The notes under the pieces: model-generated
Seen by the model: only the letters and a program-made list of their open reading frames with translations
Told to the model about the DNA's origin: nothing
Databases searched by the model: none
Shown: positions 9,338-18,684 of the stretch, piece by piece
Layout: each line of letters begins with the position of its first letter
Numbering within the stretch: position 1 is the stretch's first letter
Origin: Armatimonadota bacterium
GTDB lineage: Bacteria; Armatimonadota; SYMT01
NCBI GenBank assembly: GCA_046292385.1
Contig: JBKBRF010000036.1
Span: 8,012 to 72,011 of the forward strand
Reading direction: 5' to 3'
Length of the DNA: 64,000 nt
Translations under genes and position numbers: made by a program

Positions 9338-9907
9338 ATGAGTTCCGGATGGGAGTATTTACGGGTGCGGGGGGAGCCGGAGCTGGACCGGCTGGGCGCG
9401 GAGGGCTGGGAGCTGGTCGGCCTGCGCGCGGACGAGTGGATCTTCAAGCGCTCCGAGCCGGAGCCTTCGGTCCGGTTCACCCTGGAGCAGCGGGACGCCG
9501 CGCTCGCCGACGTCGCCGCGCACCAGGCCCACACGCGCCACCTCCTCAACCCGGAGGTCGCCGCGCTGATCCGGCGGGTGAACCACACGCAGATGCTGCT
9601 GATCGCCGACCGCGGCTTTCCGGTCCCGCCGCTGCCGCAGGTGGTCGACCTCTCCCTCACCGCCGACATTCCGACGGTGCTTCAGGTGCTGGAGGCGGTG
9701 CTGCCGGATCTGCCCGCGGACCGCCTGATCCGCGCCGAAGAGCAGCGTGAGGCGGCGCCGGAGCGCTGGCGGGTCCACGCGGGAGGCTCTCCACGCGCAC
9801 TCGCGGTGCCCCACCTGGAGCTGAAGCGCCTCGCCCGGCACGCGGTCGGCTGCATCCGCACCGGGGATGCCACGCCGTACGCGAACGTGCTGCTGGTGGG
9901 GGGATGA
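9338..9907 (+). CDS. RbsD/FucU family pyranase with N-terminal DUF4177-like domain
   Basis: C-part LLNPEV..NHTQMLLIADRGFP..IRTGDATPYANVLL; N-part WEY..LDRLGAEGWELV..FKR; RBS GAGGAG. Confidence 0.75.
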   Translation: MSSGWEYLRVRGEPELDRLGAEGWELVGLRADEWIFKRSEPEPSVRFTLEQRDAALADVAAHQAHTRHLLNPEVAALIRRVNHTQMLLIADRGFPVPPLPQVVDLSLTADIPTVLQVLEAVLPDLPADRLIRAEEQREAAPERWRVHAGGSPRALAVPHLELKRLARHAVGCIRTGDATPYANVLLVGG

Positions 9908-9956
9908 GGAGGCGGCGCTCCGGATCCGGGTGGTCCGGAGCGCCGGCGTTGAAGGG

Positions 9957-10862
9957 TTACCGCATCGGCCGGCCGCGGAGGCGCTCGCCGTTGGTGTCCA
10001 GGATCTGGAAGTGGTGGATGCCGCCGGGCCGGTCGTCGGTGTAGGTCCAGACGATCTGCTTGTCCCGGGTGATCTCCGTCAGGCGTGTCTCGTTCGGCTT
10101 GGCGCGGTAGCTGGTGATCACGGTGTTCCCGTTCGGCAGCCGCTGCACGCCGCAGCAGTCGTTGAGCGGGTCGCCGGGCAGGTCGTCGTTGGTCACCTGC
10201 CAGACCGTCTCGCCCTTCGGATCGACCTCGATCACCAGGTTGCCCCAGGTGCAGCCGATCAGCGTGTTGCCGTTCTCCAGCCGGATAGCGGTGAACGGCA
10301 TGTGCGGGGTCTTGACCTCCCAGACCGGCTTGCCGTCCGGCGAGTACTCCCGGACCACGCGGTCCCACAGGTGCGGCACCAGGGTGTTGCCGTTGCGCAG
10401 GCGGCGCGACATCCGCTGCTGCATGTGGGTGTCGTTCCGCTGCGAGGGGAGCGGCAGCTCCTTCACGATCTTCCCCTCGGGGTCGACTTCGAGCAGCCGC
10501 GGGTTCTTCCCCGCCTCGCTGATCAGCGTATTCCCGTTCCGGAGGCGCTGGGCGGTGTCCAGCTCGTCCTGCGACCCCTGGAACTCGAAGACCACCTTCT
10601 GGTCCCGGGTCACCTCCACCACGGAGCCGGGCTTGCCGGAGAGCGTGAGCAGGAGGTTTCCGTTCGGGAGCACCCAGCCGTCCCGGGTGCCCTTGGGGTA
10701 GCTCCAGACCACCTTGCCGCTGCCGTCGACGATGCGCGTCTCCGGCCCGGTGGCGAGGAAGGAGTGAGTGATCTTCGGCGCGGCATCCTGCGCCAGTGCC
10801 GCCGCGGCGGTCAGGAGGCCGAGCGCGAGCGGAAGCAAGGGACGAAACGGACGGAAAGCCAT
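9957..10862 (-). CDS. Secreted beta-propeller repeat protein
   Basis: Signal peptide; repeated RLxNGNTLI..EVxxxGxxVW blades. Confidence 0.75.
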   Translation of the reverse strand: MAFRPFRPLLPLALGLLTAAAALAQDAAPKITHSFLATGPETRIVDGSGKVVWSYPKGTRDGWVLPNGNLLLTLSGKPGSVVEVTRDQKVVFEFQGSQDELDTAQRLRNGNTLISEAGKNPRLLEVDPEGKIVKELPLPSQRNDTHMQQRMSRRLRNGNTLVPHLWDRVVREYSPDGKPVWEVKTPHMPFTAIRLENGNTLIGCTWGNLVIEVDPKGETVWQVTNDDLPGDPLNDCCGVQRLPNGNTVITSYRAKPNETRLTEITRDKQIVWTYTDDRPGGIHHFQILDTNGERLRGRPMR

Positions 10863-10946
10863 CTGGGACTCCGAAAGTGACGGACCGGCCCAGCGCCGGT
10901 CCTGACGGCAGGTTCGTCCCGCTTCCCCGCCAGCCCTCCCGAACGG

Positions 10947-11147
10947 TCAACCACAGAGCACACAGAGAACACCGAGAGGACACGAACGGGGAATCACCGC
11001 AGAGAGCGCAAAGGACGCAGAGAGGAACCAAAAGGAGAAACTGCGGGGCCGCAGTACGGTGTTCGTGGAGCGGATCAGGCCCCTCCCGCTCAACCTCTGG
11101 TTCCCCTCTGCGTTTCCTCTGCGTTCTCCGCGTCCTCTGCGGTGAAT
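10947..11147. repeat. CAGAG-family MITE-like inverted-repeat element
   Basis: Inner ends TCACCGCAGAG (10994)...CTCTGCGGTGA (11145); internal core homologous to 40935-41201 and 60344-60473. Confidence 0.8.
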
Positions 11148-11271
11148 AAGTTCGGAGCCTCACCCCCGGGAAGGAGCATGCGCTTCCCGTACGCAAACAA
11201 CCTCGTAACGGGGCGGGCTTCCGGTTACTGCCCGGGGGCCTTTTTCCGCTCCCCCGAACTCCCTGACAACG

Positions 11272-12393
11272 ATGAAGCGAAACGAGACTCTCCCCGCGGG
11301 CGATGCGGCCCGCTCTGACCAGGACGCCCGGCTCGGTCGGCGCGGCTTCCTGACCGCCGCCGCGAGCGCCATCGCAGCGGTGGCGACCGCCGGCAAGGCC
11401 GCGGAGGCGGCCGCGCAGCGCGACTACGGCCCCAACGCTCCCCCGGTGCGCTATCCGGAGCCGGACGTGGTGGTCCTGGACCCGCGCTTTGCGAAGTACA
11501 AGGTCGGCAACTCGCCGATCCGCCGGCTCCACACCGGCATGCTCTGGGCGGAAGGTCCCGCCTGGAATGGCGTGGGCCGCTACCTGATGTGGAGCGACAT
11601 CCCGAATAACGTGCAGCTCCGCTGGCTGGAGGAGGACGGGCACGTCAGCACCTTCCGCAACCCGGCCGGCAACAGCAACGGCAACACCTTCGACTACCAG
11701 GGCCGCCAGATCTCCTGCGAGCACGGCAACCGCCGCGTGGTGCGGTACGAGTACGACGGCACCGTCACGGTGCTCGCCGACAAGTTCGACGGTAAGCCGT
11801 TCAACGCGCCGAACGACGCGGTGGTGCACCCGGACGGGAGCATCTGGTTCACCGACCCCGGCTACGGCAGTCTCGGCCACTACGAGGGGAACAAGGGCGA
11901 CCTGAAGCTGAAGGAAGCGGTCTACCGGGTCGACTCGAAGACCAATCGCATTCAGAAGGTGACCGACGAGATCTTCAAGCCGAACGGTCTCTGCTTCTCC
12001 CCGGACTACAAGAAGCTCTACGTGGCGGACACCGGCTCCAGCCACTATCCCGAAGCGCCGAAGAACATCAAGGTGTGGGACGTGGTCGACGACAGCAAGC
12101 TGGCGCGCGGCCGCGAGTTCACCTCCATGAAGCTGGGGGACAAGGCCGGCCTGGCGGACGGCATCCGCGCGGACAAGGACGGCAACATCTGGGCCAGCGC
12201 CGGCTGGGTGGGCGAAGGCTACGACGGCGTCCACATCTTCGCGCCGGACGGGGCGCGGATCGGGCAGATCCTGCTGCCGGAAATCTGCAGCAACGTCTGC
12301 TTCGGCGGCGCCAAGCGGAACCGGCTCTTCATGACCGGAAGCCAGTCGCTCTACACCGTCTACGTGGAGGCCCAGGGGGCGCACATCGCCTGA
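11272..12393 (+). CDS. SMP-30/gluconolactonase family protein, Tat-exported
   Basis: GRRGFL Tat motif; WAEGPAW, WSDIPNN, NSNGNTFD, NAPNDAVV, PNGLCFSPD, ADGIRAD. Confidence 0.9.
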   Translation: MKRNETLPAGDAARSDQDARLGRRGFLTAAASAIAAVATAGKAAEAAAQRDYGPNAPPVRYPEPDVVVLDPRFAKYKVGNSPIRRLHTGMLWAEGPAWNGVGRYLMWSDIPNNVQLRWLEEDGHVSTFRNPAGNSNGNTFDYQGRQISCEHGNRRVVRYEYDGTVTVLADKFDGKPFNAPNDAVVHPDGSIWFTDPGYGSLGHYEGNKGDLKLKEAVYRVDSKTNRIQKVTDEIFKPNGLCFSPDYKKLYVADTGSSHYPEAPKNIKVWDVVDDSKLARGREFTSMKLGDKAGLADGIRADKDGNIWASAGWVGEGYDGVHIFAPDGARIGQILLPEICSNVCFGGAKRNRLFMTGSQSLYTVYVEAQGAHIA

Positions 12394-12402
12394 CGCTGGA
12401 CT

Positions 12403-12486
12403 GAGTGGGAGAGTGGGAGAAAGGGAGAGTGGGAGAGCCGGACCTCCATTCGGGACCCGATCCTACTCACCCTTTGCCCCATTCCA
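12403..12486. repeat. GAGTGGGA-family inverted tandem tracts
   Basis: gagtgggagagtgggagaaagggagagtgggaga ... tcctactcaccctttgccccattcca. Confidence 0.7.
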
Positions 12487-12558
12487 CGACGGGTGCATCG
12501 TTACGGCCAGGGAGCTGCATCCCTGGCCGTAGCTGCATGCTGGCTGCGCTCTACAGCG

Positions 12559-12888
12559 TCACCGGCGGTCGTAGCGGTTGGTCTTGCGGACGTGGACCCG
12601 CTTTGCCAGCGCGTCGAACCGCCGGTCCAGGTCGCGCCGCTCCACGTTGGAGAGGCCGTTGCCGGACTTGCGGTACCGCGCTTCTCGCTGCGTGAGCTCG
12701 CGGAACTCGGTGCGCAGCCGGGCCGCTTCGGCCCGCGTGAGCTCGCCGGAGCGCACTCCCTGGTCGATGCGTCGGTCGAGGACCGACTGTCGCTTGTTGA
12801 TCGATTTCCACGGCGCTGCTTGCGCCGTAACGGCCGAGAGGCCGAGGATGGCCGTGGTGGCGGAGATGAGGATGAGAAACCGCTTCAT
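12559..12888 (-). CDS. Small secreted hypothetical protein (RIDQGVRSGELTxxE type)
   Basis: Signal peptide MKRFLILISA..AQA; SINKRQ..RIDQGVRSGELTRAEA..GLSNVERRDLDRRFD; RBS AAAGGA. Confidence 0.8.
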   Translation of the reverse strand: MKRFLILISATTAILGLSAVTAQAAPWKSINKRQSVLDRRIDQGVRSGELTRAEAARLRTEFRELTQREARYRKSGNGLSNVERRDLDRRFDALAKRVHVRKTNRYDRR

Positions 12889-13027
12889 CGCTGTCCTTTT
12901 CGCAGCGGACCCCCGCTGAAACTCCGGGGTCCTTCGTTCTTGCTCCACCCGTCCAGACCGTCTGGGACCGTCTTACGTTCCCGGGAACCCGCCCATCCTT
13001 TAGAAGGAGCGGCTGGTCCACCGCTCG

Positions 13028-14002
13028 CTACAGCCGCTCGTTGGGAAGCTGTTCCGGCCTGGTGCGGCTGAAGGCGCTCCACTGGCGGTCGATCTCCGCG
13101 AGGGCGGGGACGCCTCGGTGGACGTAGAGGCCGTAGCGGAGCCAGAGCGGCTTGCCCGGCTCGATGGTGCGGGGCGCGTCGAACGTGAGGCTGGCACCCA
13201 TCCAGCCGTCTCCGCGGACGTGGAAGTGGCTCGGGTGGTTCGCGTTGGACGGGTGGTCGAAGAGGGTGAGCCCCTCGTTCACGCCGGGGAGGATCGGACC
13301 GGAGTAGTCGACCCACCGCGCGCGCTTCCAGAAGACGCCGTTCGGCCCCTGCTCGTCGACGTTCCCCTCGGAGTTGCGGATCGTCCCGCCGCCGTCCAGC
13401 ACGCCGATCGTCTTCGCCATCCGGACCGCCGCCATGCCGAACGGGGTCTTGCCGAGCACCGCCGGCTCGCGCTCCGTCTCGAGCTGGAGGTCGAGCACCA
13501 GCAGCCACTCCCCGTTCTCCAGGTCGACCGCCCGCATGCCGCGCCGCTCCACGATGTGGACGCGGTCGTCCTTCCCGACCCAGTGATTGATCGCGACGAT
13601 CGAGGCGTCCCGGTCGCCGTCCGAGTACTTCGAGATGTACTGGTGAACGATCCGGCCGGGACCGTCGTCGGCCCAGAAGACGTCGCCGTTCACGTCGTTG
13701 TGGGAGACCCAGAAGGAGTTGTGGTGGAGGTGGCTCACGGAGGCGTGGGGGTGCCCCATCCGGGTGAGCGAGCGTCCGGAGGGGCCGAGGATCGGGTAGA
13801 GATACGGCCGCCGCAGCTCCGGGGAGAAGTAGTAGCGGGTCAGCTCCCGGCCATCCCGCTCCAGCGACGCCTGGTGCAGCGGCTGCGGCAGCGCCTGCAT
13901 GCGGGGCACCGGCTTGGCATTCGGCAGCGGCACCTCCGCCGCTCCCCCTCGCGCGGCCAGCGCGGCCAGCCCCATCGTCGTCAGCAGTTCTCTGCGGTCC
14001 AT
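13028..14002 (-). CDS. PmoA-like (DUF6807-type) protein, Tat-like signal
   Basis: MDRRELL; RPYLYPILGPSGRSLTR, HLHHNSFWVSH, ARWVDYSG, LFDHPSN..FHVR; RBS GGAGG. Confidence 0.75.
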   Translation of the reverse strand: MDRRELLTTMGLAALAARGGAAEVPLPNAKPVPRMQALPQPLHQASLERDGRELTRYYFSPELRRPYLYPILGPSGRSLTRMGHPHASVSHLHHNSFWVSHNDVNGDVFWADDGPGRIVHQYISKYSDGDRDASIVAINHWVGKDDRVHIVERRGMRAVDLENGEWLLVLDLQLETEREPAVLGKTPFGMAAVRMAKTIGVLDGGGTIRNSEGNVDEQGPNGVFWKRARWVDYSGPILPGVNEGLTLFDHPSNANHPSHFHVRGDGWMGASLTFDAPRTIEPGKPLWLRYGLYVHRGVPALAEIDRQWSAFSRTRPEQLPNERL

Positions 14003-14151
14003 GATTCCTCCGTTCGCGCCCCCGACCTGAAGGTTCGCTTCCGGCCGGCCGTTCCCTGTGCCGGGGGAGGAGTGCGCGCTCGTCCGCTCGAAGGATGCAG
14101 GGCGGTTCCCGCGGTGGACCGCTTCTGGAGAGTAGTGGGAGAAGAGCTCGG

Positions 14152-15309
14152 ATGCGCATCGAGTCGTTCACGGTTTCTGGCTTCGCCAATCTCACCCGGC
14201 CGGTCACGCTCACCCCGCTGGAGGACGTGAACGCGCTCTACGGACCGAACGACGTTGGCAAGGGGAACCTGCTTCGCGCACTGGAGCTCTACTTCCGGCT
14301 GATGGGCATCGGCGAAGAGGTGACCAAGACGCAGGTGAAGATCCTCGACATCTCGTCCGACGAGGCCTCCGCCTGGCTCACCAGCTCCTTCAACCGGTAC
14401 GAGGCGGCGCCGGTCCAGCTCGAGGCGCGCTGGCAGATCTCCGAGCGCGACCTGGAGCGCTACGGCCTCTTCCCGGAGCACCCGTGCGGCACGATGACGA
14501 CCGGCCTGGAGCTGAAGTCGCTCGGCCGCGCTGTGGAGCTGCGCGTCACGCGCTGGCTGCTGCAGGACAAAGACGTCGCGCAGCTCGACCGCACCCGCGA
14601 CGCCGCCCTGACCGGCTTCGCGCAGCAGCTGCGGCGGCTGGTGAGCGACGCCCGCCCGTTCCAGCAGGAGCAGCCGATCCTGCCGGTCGCCTGGCTCGGC
14701 CGCGAGAGCGAGGAGTTCTCCCAGGCGCAGCGGGACGCATTGTTCGACGCGCGGCAGTCCGCCTCTCCGGGCCCGCGCCGCCGCTGGGCGCTCTTCGCCG
14801 CCCTCGCCGGGACGCTCCAGCCGGAGCTGGGCGAGGGGAGCTGGGAGACGGTTTACGACCGCGAGACCGGCCGCGCCGACATCGTCTTCATCCGCGGCGA
14901 GGAGCTGATCCGCCTGGAGCAGCTCGGCTCAGGTCTTCGCCGCTTCGCCGGCCTGCTGGCGGAAGTCGCGCTGGCGGAGCATCCGGTGCTCTGCCTGGAA
15001 GAGCCGGAGTGGCGCCTCTCTCCGGAGCTGCAGGGCCGCCTGATCAAGCTGGTCCAGCAGGTGGTCCACTCCGGCGTCGGCCCCCGGCAGCTCTTCCTCA
15101 CCACGCACAGCCCCTATCTCGCCGGGGCCTCCGCCGCGTTCGCCGTCGACCGCCGGGACGGCGGCCCGGAGGTGGAGCGGCGCCCGTGGGGAGAGGCCCT
15201 CGCCGCGGAGACCTCCGCCGCCGGCACGAGCGACGATCTCGGCGGCCTCATCGGCCTGGTCGAGTCGCTCGCGGAGCTGGAGCCGGAGCAAATCCTTTCT
15301 AAAGGCTAA
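14152..15309 (+). CDS. ABC-type AAA ATPase (AAA_15/AAA_21-like) with degenerate motifs
   Basis: MRIESFTVSGF, LYGPNDVGKGNLLRAL, LGSG signature, LCLEEPE, LFLTTHSP. Confidence 0.75.
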   Translation: MRIESFTVSGFANLTRPVTLTPLEDVNALYGPNDVGKGNLLRALELYFRLMGIGEEVTKTQVKILDISSDEASAWLTSSFNRYEAAPVQLEARWQISERDLERYGLFPEHPCGTMTTGLELKSLGRAVELRVTRWLLQDKDVAQLDRTRDAALTGFAQQLRRLVSDARPFQQEQPILPVAWLGRESEEFSQAQRDALFDARQSASPGPRRRWALFAALAGTLQPELGEGSWETVYDRETGRADIVFIRGEELIRLEQLGSGLRRFAGLLAEVALAEHPVLCLEEPEWRLSPELQGRLIKLVQQVVHSGVGPRQLFLTTHSPYLAGASAAFAVDRRDGGPEVERRPWGEALAAETSAAGTSDDLGGLIGLVESLAELEPEQILSKG

Positions 15310-15420
15310 AGGCTAAAGGCTACTAAAGGCAGAAGGCTGAAGGCTGAAGGCTGAAGGCAGAAGGCTGAAGGCTGAAGGCAGAAGGCTGAAGGCTGAAGGC
15401 TGAAGGCTGAAGGCTGAAGG
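15299..15420. repeat. (CTGAAGG/CTAAAGG/CAGAAGG) x about 17 heptamer array
   Basis: Direct count of units; contains the ATPase stop codon. Confidence 0.95.
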
Positions 15421-15655
15421 GGCGAACAGGGGGGTGTGTGGTCGAAAAGCTCTCATCTTCCTTCTTTCCTCTCTGTGACTTGCCTGGTATACTGCTTCCG
15501 AACCGGAGCTCGGACGCGGACGTTCGCGAAATGATCAGCAGCCTCACCCTCATCGTTAGCTGGCCCCGTCTCAGTGCGGGAGCGGATGCCGTCGAGGTCC
15601 GCGCCCATGCTGGGCGTCCGTCCGGTTCCGGAGAGCGCGTCGTGTAGAGCTGGCT

Positions 15656-15711
15656 CCACGGCAGAGCGTTTCCGGTCACGGGCGGTCTCCGCTCCGTGGC
15701 CTTTTTGTTTT
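15656..15711 (+). terminator. Intrinsic terminator-like structure upstream of ABC transporter
   Basis: ccacgg..agcg / cgctccgtgg stem followed by tttttgtttt. Confidence 0.6.
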
Positions 15712-15738
15712 CTGGCCCGGCTACCGACGTAACGGTCT

Positions 15739-15818
15739 GAGTGGGCGGAGAGGGAGAGTGGGCGAGTGGGAGACTGGCTCTCGTGAGCAGCTTCTCCCAC
15801 TCTCGGCACACCCATCCC
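15739..15818. repeat. GAGTGGGA-family inverted tandem tracts
   Basis: gagtgggcggagagggagagtgggcgagtgggaga...tctcccactctc. Confidence 0.7.
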
Positions 15819-15900
15819 GAGCCGTAGCTCCCGTCAGGTAGTCGACGACTCGATACACCAGTTCCGGCCCCGAGGGCCGCGTGCGAGAGGATCTCATCGC

Positions 15901-18126
15901 ATGTCTCTGCTTCAGGAAGAAAAGCTGTCGGCCGCTCCGTCCCCGCCGCCGGAGCCGGCGGAGGGGCTGGAGGCGGTGTTGATGCAGGAGAGCGCCGACC
16001 TGGTCAGCGAGGCGTCGCACCGGTACGGCCGGCGGGACGTTCGCGTGAGCCGCGCCGGGGTGGCGGTCTACGACGAGCACGACGCCCGGGTCTTCTGGAT
16101 CCCCATGGCGGACATCCGCTCCGCGCGGACCGAGCCGCTCGTCGGCGGCGGTCGGCTGGAGCTCACCACGCGGGAGGGGATCGTCCCGGTGGTGGAGTTC
16201 ACCGCCTCCGTGGCGGCGCGCTTCTCCGAGATGGCGCGCGGCATCGAGCAGCTGGCCCGTGGCGAGGAGCTGCACGTCAAGCTGAAGCAGGAGCGGACCC
16301 GCTGCGAGGCGTGCGGGCGGCTGCTGCCGGAGAAGGACGGCCGCTGCGCCGCCTGCGTCAAGCGGATGGCGGTGCTGGGCCGGATCTTCTCTTACATGAC
16401 GCCCTACCGGGGCCGCGCCCTCATCGTGGCGCTCACCTCGCTCGGCGGCATCGTGGCGTCGCTGGCGCTGCCGGAGATGACGCGGCGCATCACCGACGAG
16501 GTGCTGACCGGGAGCGTCTCCATGGCGGAGGCGATCCCGAAGCTGCTGCTCTACGTGGGCGGGATGCTGCTCTCCCTGGCGATTGGGGCGCTGTTCCAGA
16601 TCGTGAAGGGGTGCCACGTCGCCTACCTCTCCGGGCACATCGCCAAGGATATCCGCGCCCACGTCTACCAGTCGCTGGAGCGGCTGCAGCTCAGCTTCTA
16701 CGACAAGAAGCAGCTCGGCGCGATCACCAGCCGTGTGACGCAGGATACCGACCGCATCTGGGGCTTCCTGGTGGAAGGGGTGCCATACCTGATCACGGCG
16801 CTGCTGATGGTCGCCGGGACCGCGGTGTTCGGCCTCTGGCTCAACTGGAAGCTGACGATCGCCGTGCTCTCCCCGGTGCCGCTGCTGGCCATCGCGGGCG
16901 TCTTCTTCTGGAAGCCGATGTCGGCGCTCTTCTACCGGGTGGGCCAGAAGTGGGGACGCTTCCACACGCACCTGAACGAGTCGATCGCCGGCATCCGCAT
17001 GGTGAAGGCGTTCACCCAGGAAGGCGGCGAGTGGGAGAAGTTCAGCCGCCGGAACAACGAGCTGGCGGAAGCCGGGGTGCGGGCGGACCGGCGCTGGTAC
17101 ATCTTCTCCGGCGGGATGATGTTCTTCACCGGCTGGGGATCGCTGATCAACTGGACCTACGGCGGCTACCTGGTGCTGAGTGGGGAGATGACCCTCGGGA
17201 CGCTGCTGGCGGCGAACCAGCTCCTCTGGCAGGTCTACGGCCCGCTCCAGTGGTTCGCGCAGGTGAACCAGTGGTTCTCCCGCGCGATGGCGGGCGCTGA
17301 GCGGATCTTCGAGGTGATCGACCAGCAGCCGGAGGCCTACGACAACGCGGACGCGGTCCCGATGCCGCAGATGGAAGGGGCCGTCACCTTCGAGAACGTG
17401 CGGTTCGGCTACGACAAGAGCAACCCGGTGCTGAAGGGCATCCAGCTCGACGTGAAGCCGGGCGAGATGATCGGGCTGGTGGGGAAGTCGGGTGCGGGGA
17501 AATCGACCACCGTCAGCCTCCTCTGCCGCTTCTACGAGGTCGACTCCGGCACGCTGAAGGTCGACGGGGTCGACATCAAGGAGATCAAGCTGGAGGACCT
17601 GCGGAAGCACATCGGGATCGTGCCGCAGGAGCCGTTCCTCTTCGCCGGGACGGTAGCGGAGAACATCGCCTACGGGAAGCCGGGCGCGAGCATGGAGGAG
17701 ATCATGACCGCCGCCCGGGCCGCCTGCGCGCACGACTTCATCGCCGCCAAGCCGGACGGTTATGACACGCAGGTCGGCGAGAAGGGCGCCAAGCTCTCCG
17801 GCGGGGAGCGGCAGCGGGTCGCCATCGCCCGCGCGATCCTGCACAACCCGAAGATCCTGATCCTCGACGAGGCGACCAGCTCGGTCGACGTGGAGACGGA
17901 GCGGAAGATCCAGCAGGCGATCGCCACGCTCGTGGCGGGCCGCACCACCTTCGCCATCGCGCACCGCCTCTCCACGCTGCGGAACGCCGACCGCCTGGTG
18001 GTGCTGGAGAAGGGGGAGATCGTGGAGATCGGCACCCACGCGGAGCTGATGGAGAAGCAGGGCGAGTTCTACAAGCTGGTGCAGACCCAGGCGCAGACCT
18101 CCGCCGCCTTCGCGGTCTCGGGGTAG
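15901..18126 (+). CDS. ABC exporter (fused permease/ATPase) with N-terminal extension and CxxC..CxxC motif
   Basis: GKSGAGKST, LSGGERQRVAIARA, ILDEATS, IAHRLST; hydrophobic TM region; CEACGRLLPEKDGRCAAC. Confidence 0.92.
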   Translation: MSLLQEEKLSAAPSPPPEPAEGLEAVLMQESADLVSEASHRYGRRDVRVSRAGVAVYDEHDARVFWIPMADIRSARTEPLVGGGRLELTTREGIVPVVEFTASVAARFSEMARGIEQLARGEELHVKLKQERTRCEACGRLLPEKDGRCAACVKRMAVLGRIFSYMTPYRGRALIVALTSLGGIVASLALPEMTRRITDEVLTGSVSMAEAIPKLLLYVGGMLLSLAIGALFQIVKGCHVAYLSGHIAKDIRAHVYQSLERLQLSFYDKKQLGAITSRVTQDTDRIWGFLVEGVPYLITALLMVAGTAVFGLWLNWKLTIAVLSPVPLLAIAGVFFWKPMSALFYRVGQKWGRFHTHLNESIAGIRMVKAFTQEGGEWEKFSRRNNELAEAGVRADRRWYIFSGGMMFFTGWGSLINWTYGGYLVLSGEMTLGTLLAANQLLWQVYGPLQWFAQVNQWFSRAMAGAERIFEVIDQQPEAYDNADAVPMPQMEGAVTFENVRFGYDKSNPVLKGIQLDVKPGEMIGLVGKSGAGKSTTVSLLCRFYEVDSGTLKVDGVDIKEIKLEDLRKHIGIVPQEPFLFAGTVAENIAYGKPGASMEEIMTAARAACAHDFIAAKPDGYDTQVGEKGAKLSGGERQRVAIARAILHNPKILILDEATSSVDVETERKIQQAIATLVAGRTTFAIAHRLSTLRNADRLVVLEKGEIVEIGTHAELMEKQGEFYKLVQTQAQTSAAFAVSG

Positions 18127-18162
18127 AGCTGTTTTCCTCCGCGTCGAAAGAGAAAGAACCGA

Positions 18163-18636
18163 ATGGACGTGAACGAAATTCGACTGTTCTACCAGCCGGC
18201 GGGGACCTTGCGCGCGACGGTGGGGGAGGACCGCTCTTACCCGGTGGTACGGCTCTACCAGGCGTGGCCGCTCTCCCGGCCGGGGCAGTACCTCTCTCTC
18301 CAGGACGCCAAGGGAGACGAGTTCGCGCTGGTGCCGCGGCTGGAAGACCTGGCGCCGGAGTCGCGGCTGGTGGCGCAGGAAGAGATCCGCCGCCGCTACC
18401 TGACGGCACGGGTGGACGCGGTGGAGTCGGTGCGCACCGAGTTCGGCGTTACCTACTGGACGGTCCGCACCGATAAGGGCGCCCGCGACTTCGTGGTGCA
18501 AAGCCTGAGCGAGTCGTGCGTCTGGCTGAGCGAGCGGCACGTGCTGATCAGCGACGTCGACGGCAACCGCTTCGAGATCGGGGACCTGACCACGCTCGAC
18601 GAAGCCAGCAAGCGGTGGCTAGAACTCGTTTTCTAG
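18163..18636 (+). CDS. DUF1854 family protein
   Basis: AWPLSRPGQYLSL, EEIRRRYL, WTVRTDKG.RDF, ISDVDGNRFEI.DL..LD..S; usual partner of this ABC family. Confidence 0.85.
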   Translation: MDVNEIRLFYQPAGTLRATVGEDRSYPVVRLYQAWPLSRPGQYLSLQDAKGDEFALVPRLEDLAPESRLVAQEEIRRRYLTARVDAVESVRTEFGVTYWTVRTDKGARDFVVQSLSESCVWLSERHVLISDVDGNRFEIGDLTTLDEASKRWLELVF

Positions 18637-18684
18637 TCACTGAAGTGCTACTCGGGACGCGTTGGAGTGGCTCGTTAGAAGTTA

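Noticed and set aside
10947..11147. Repeat clusters as CRISPR arrays
   Set aside because: No constant repeat with unique regular spacers, and no cas genes.
9682..12384. Very long antisense/alternate-frame ORFs (also 15721-18540, 31355-33925, 34854-37343, 56193-58289)
   Set aside because: Shadows of real genes in high-GC DNA; no motifs, Arg/Gly/Pro-biased.
13028..14002. Methane monooxygenase from the PmoA family name
   Set aside because: Soluble Tat-type protein with no TM helices and no pmoB/pmoC.
15323..15815. Small ORFs with FSLQPSA, TCNLLTC or HRAHRGH peptides (also 18758, 40914, 60204)
   Set aside because: Translations of intergenic repeats, not genes.
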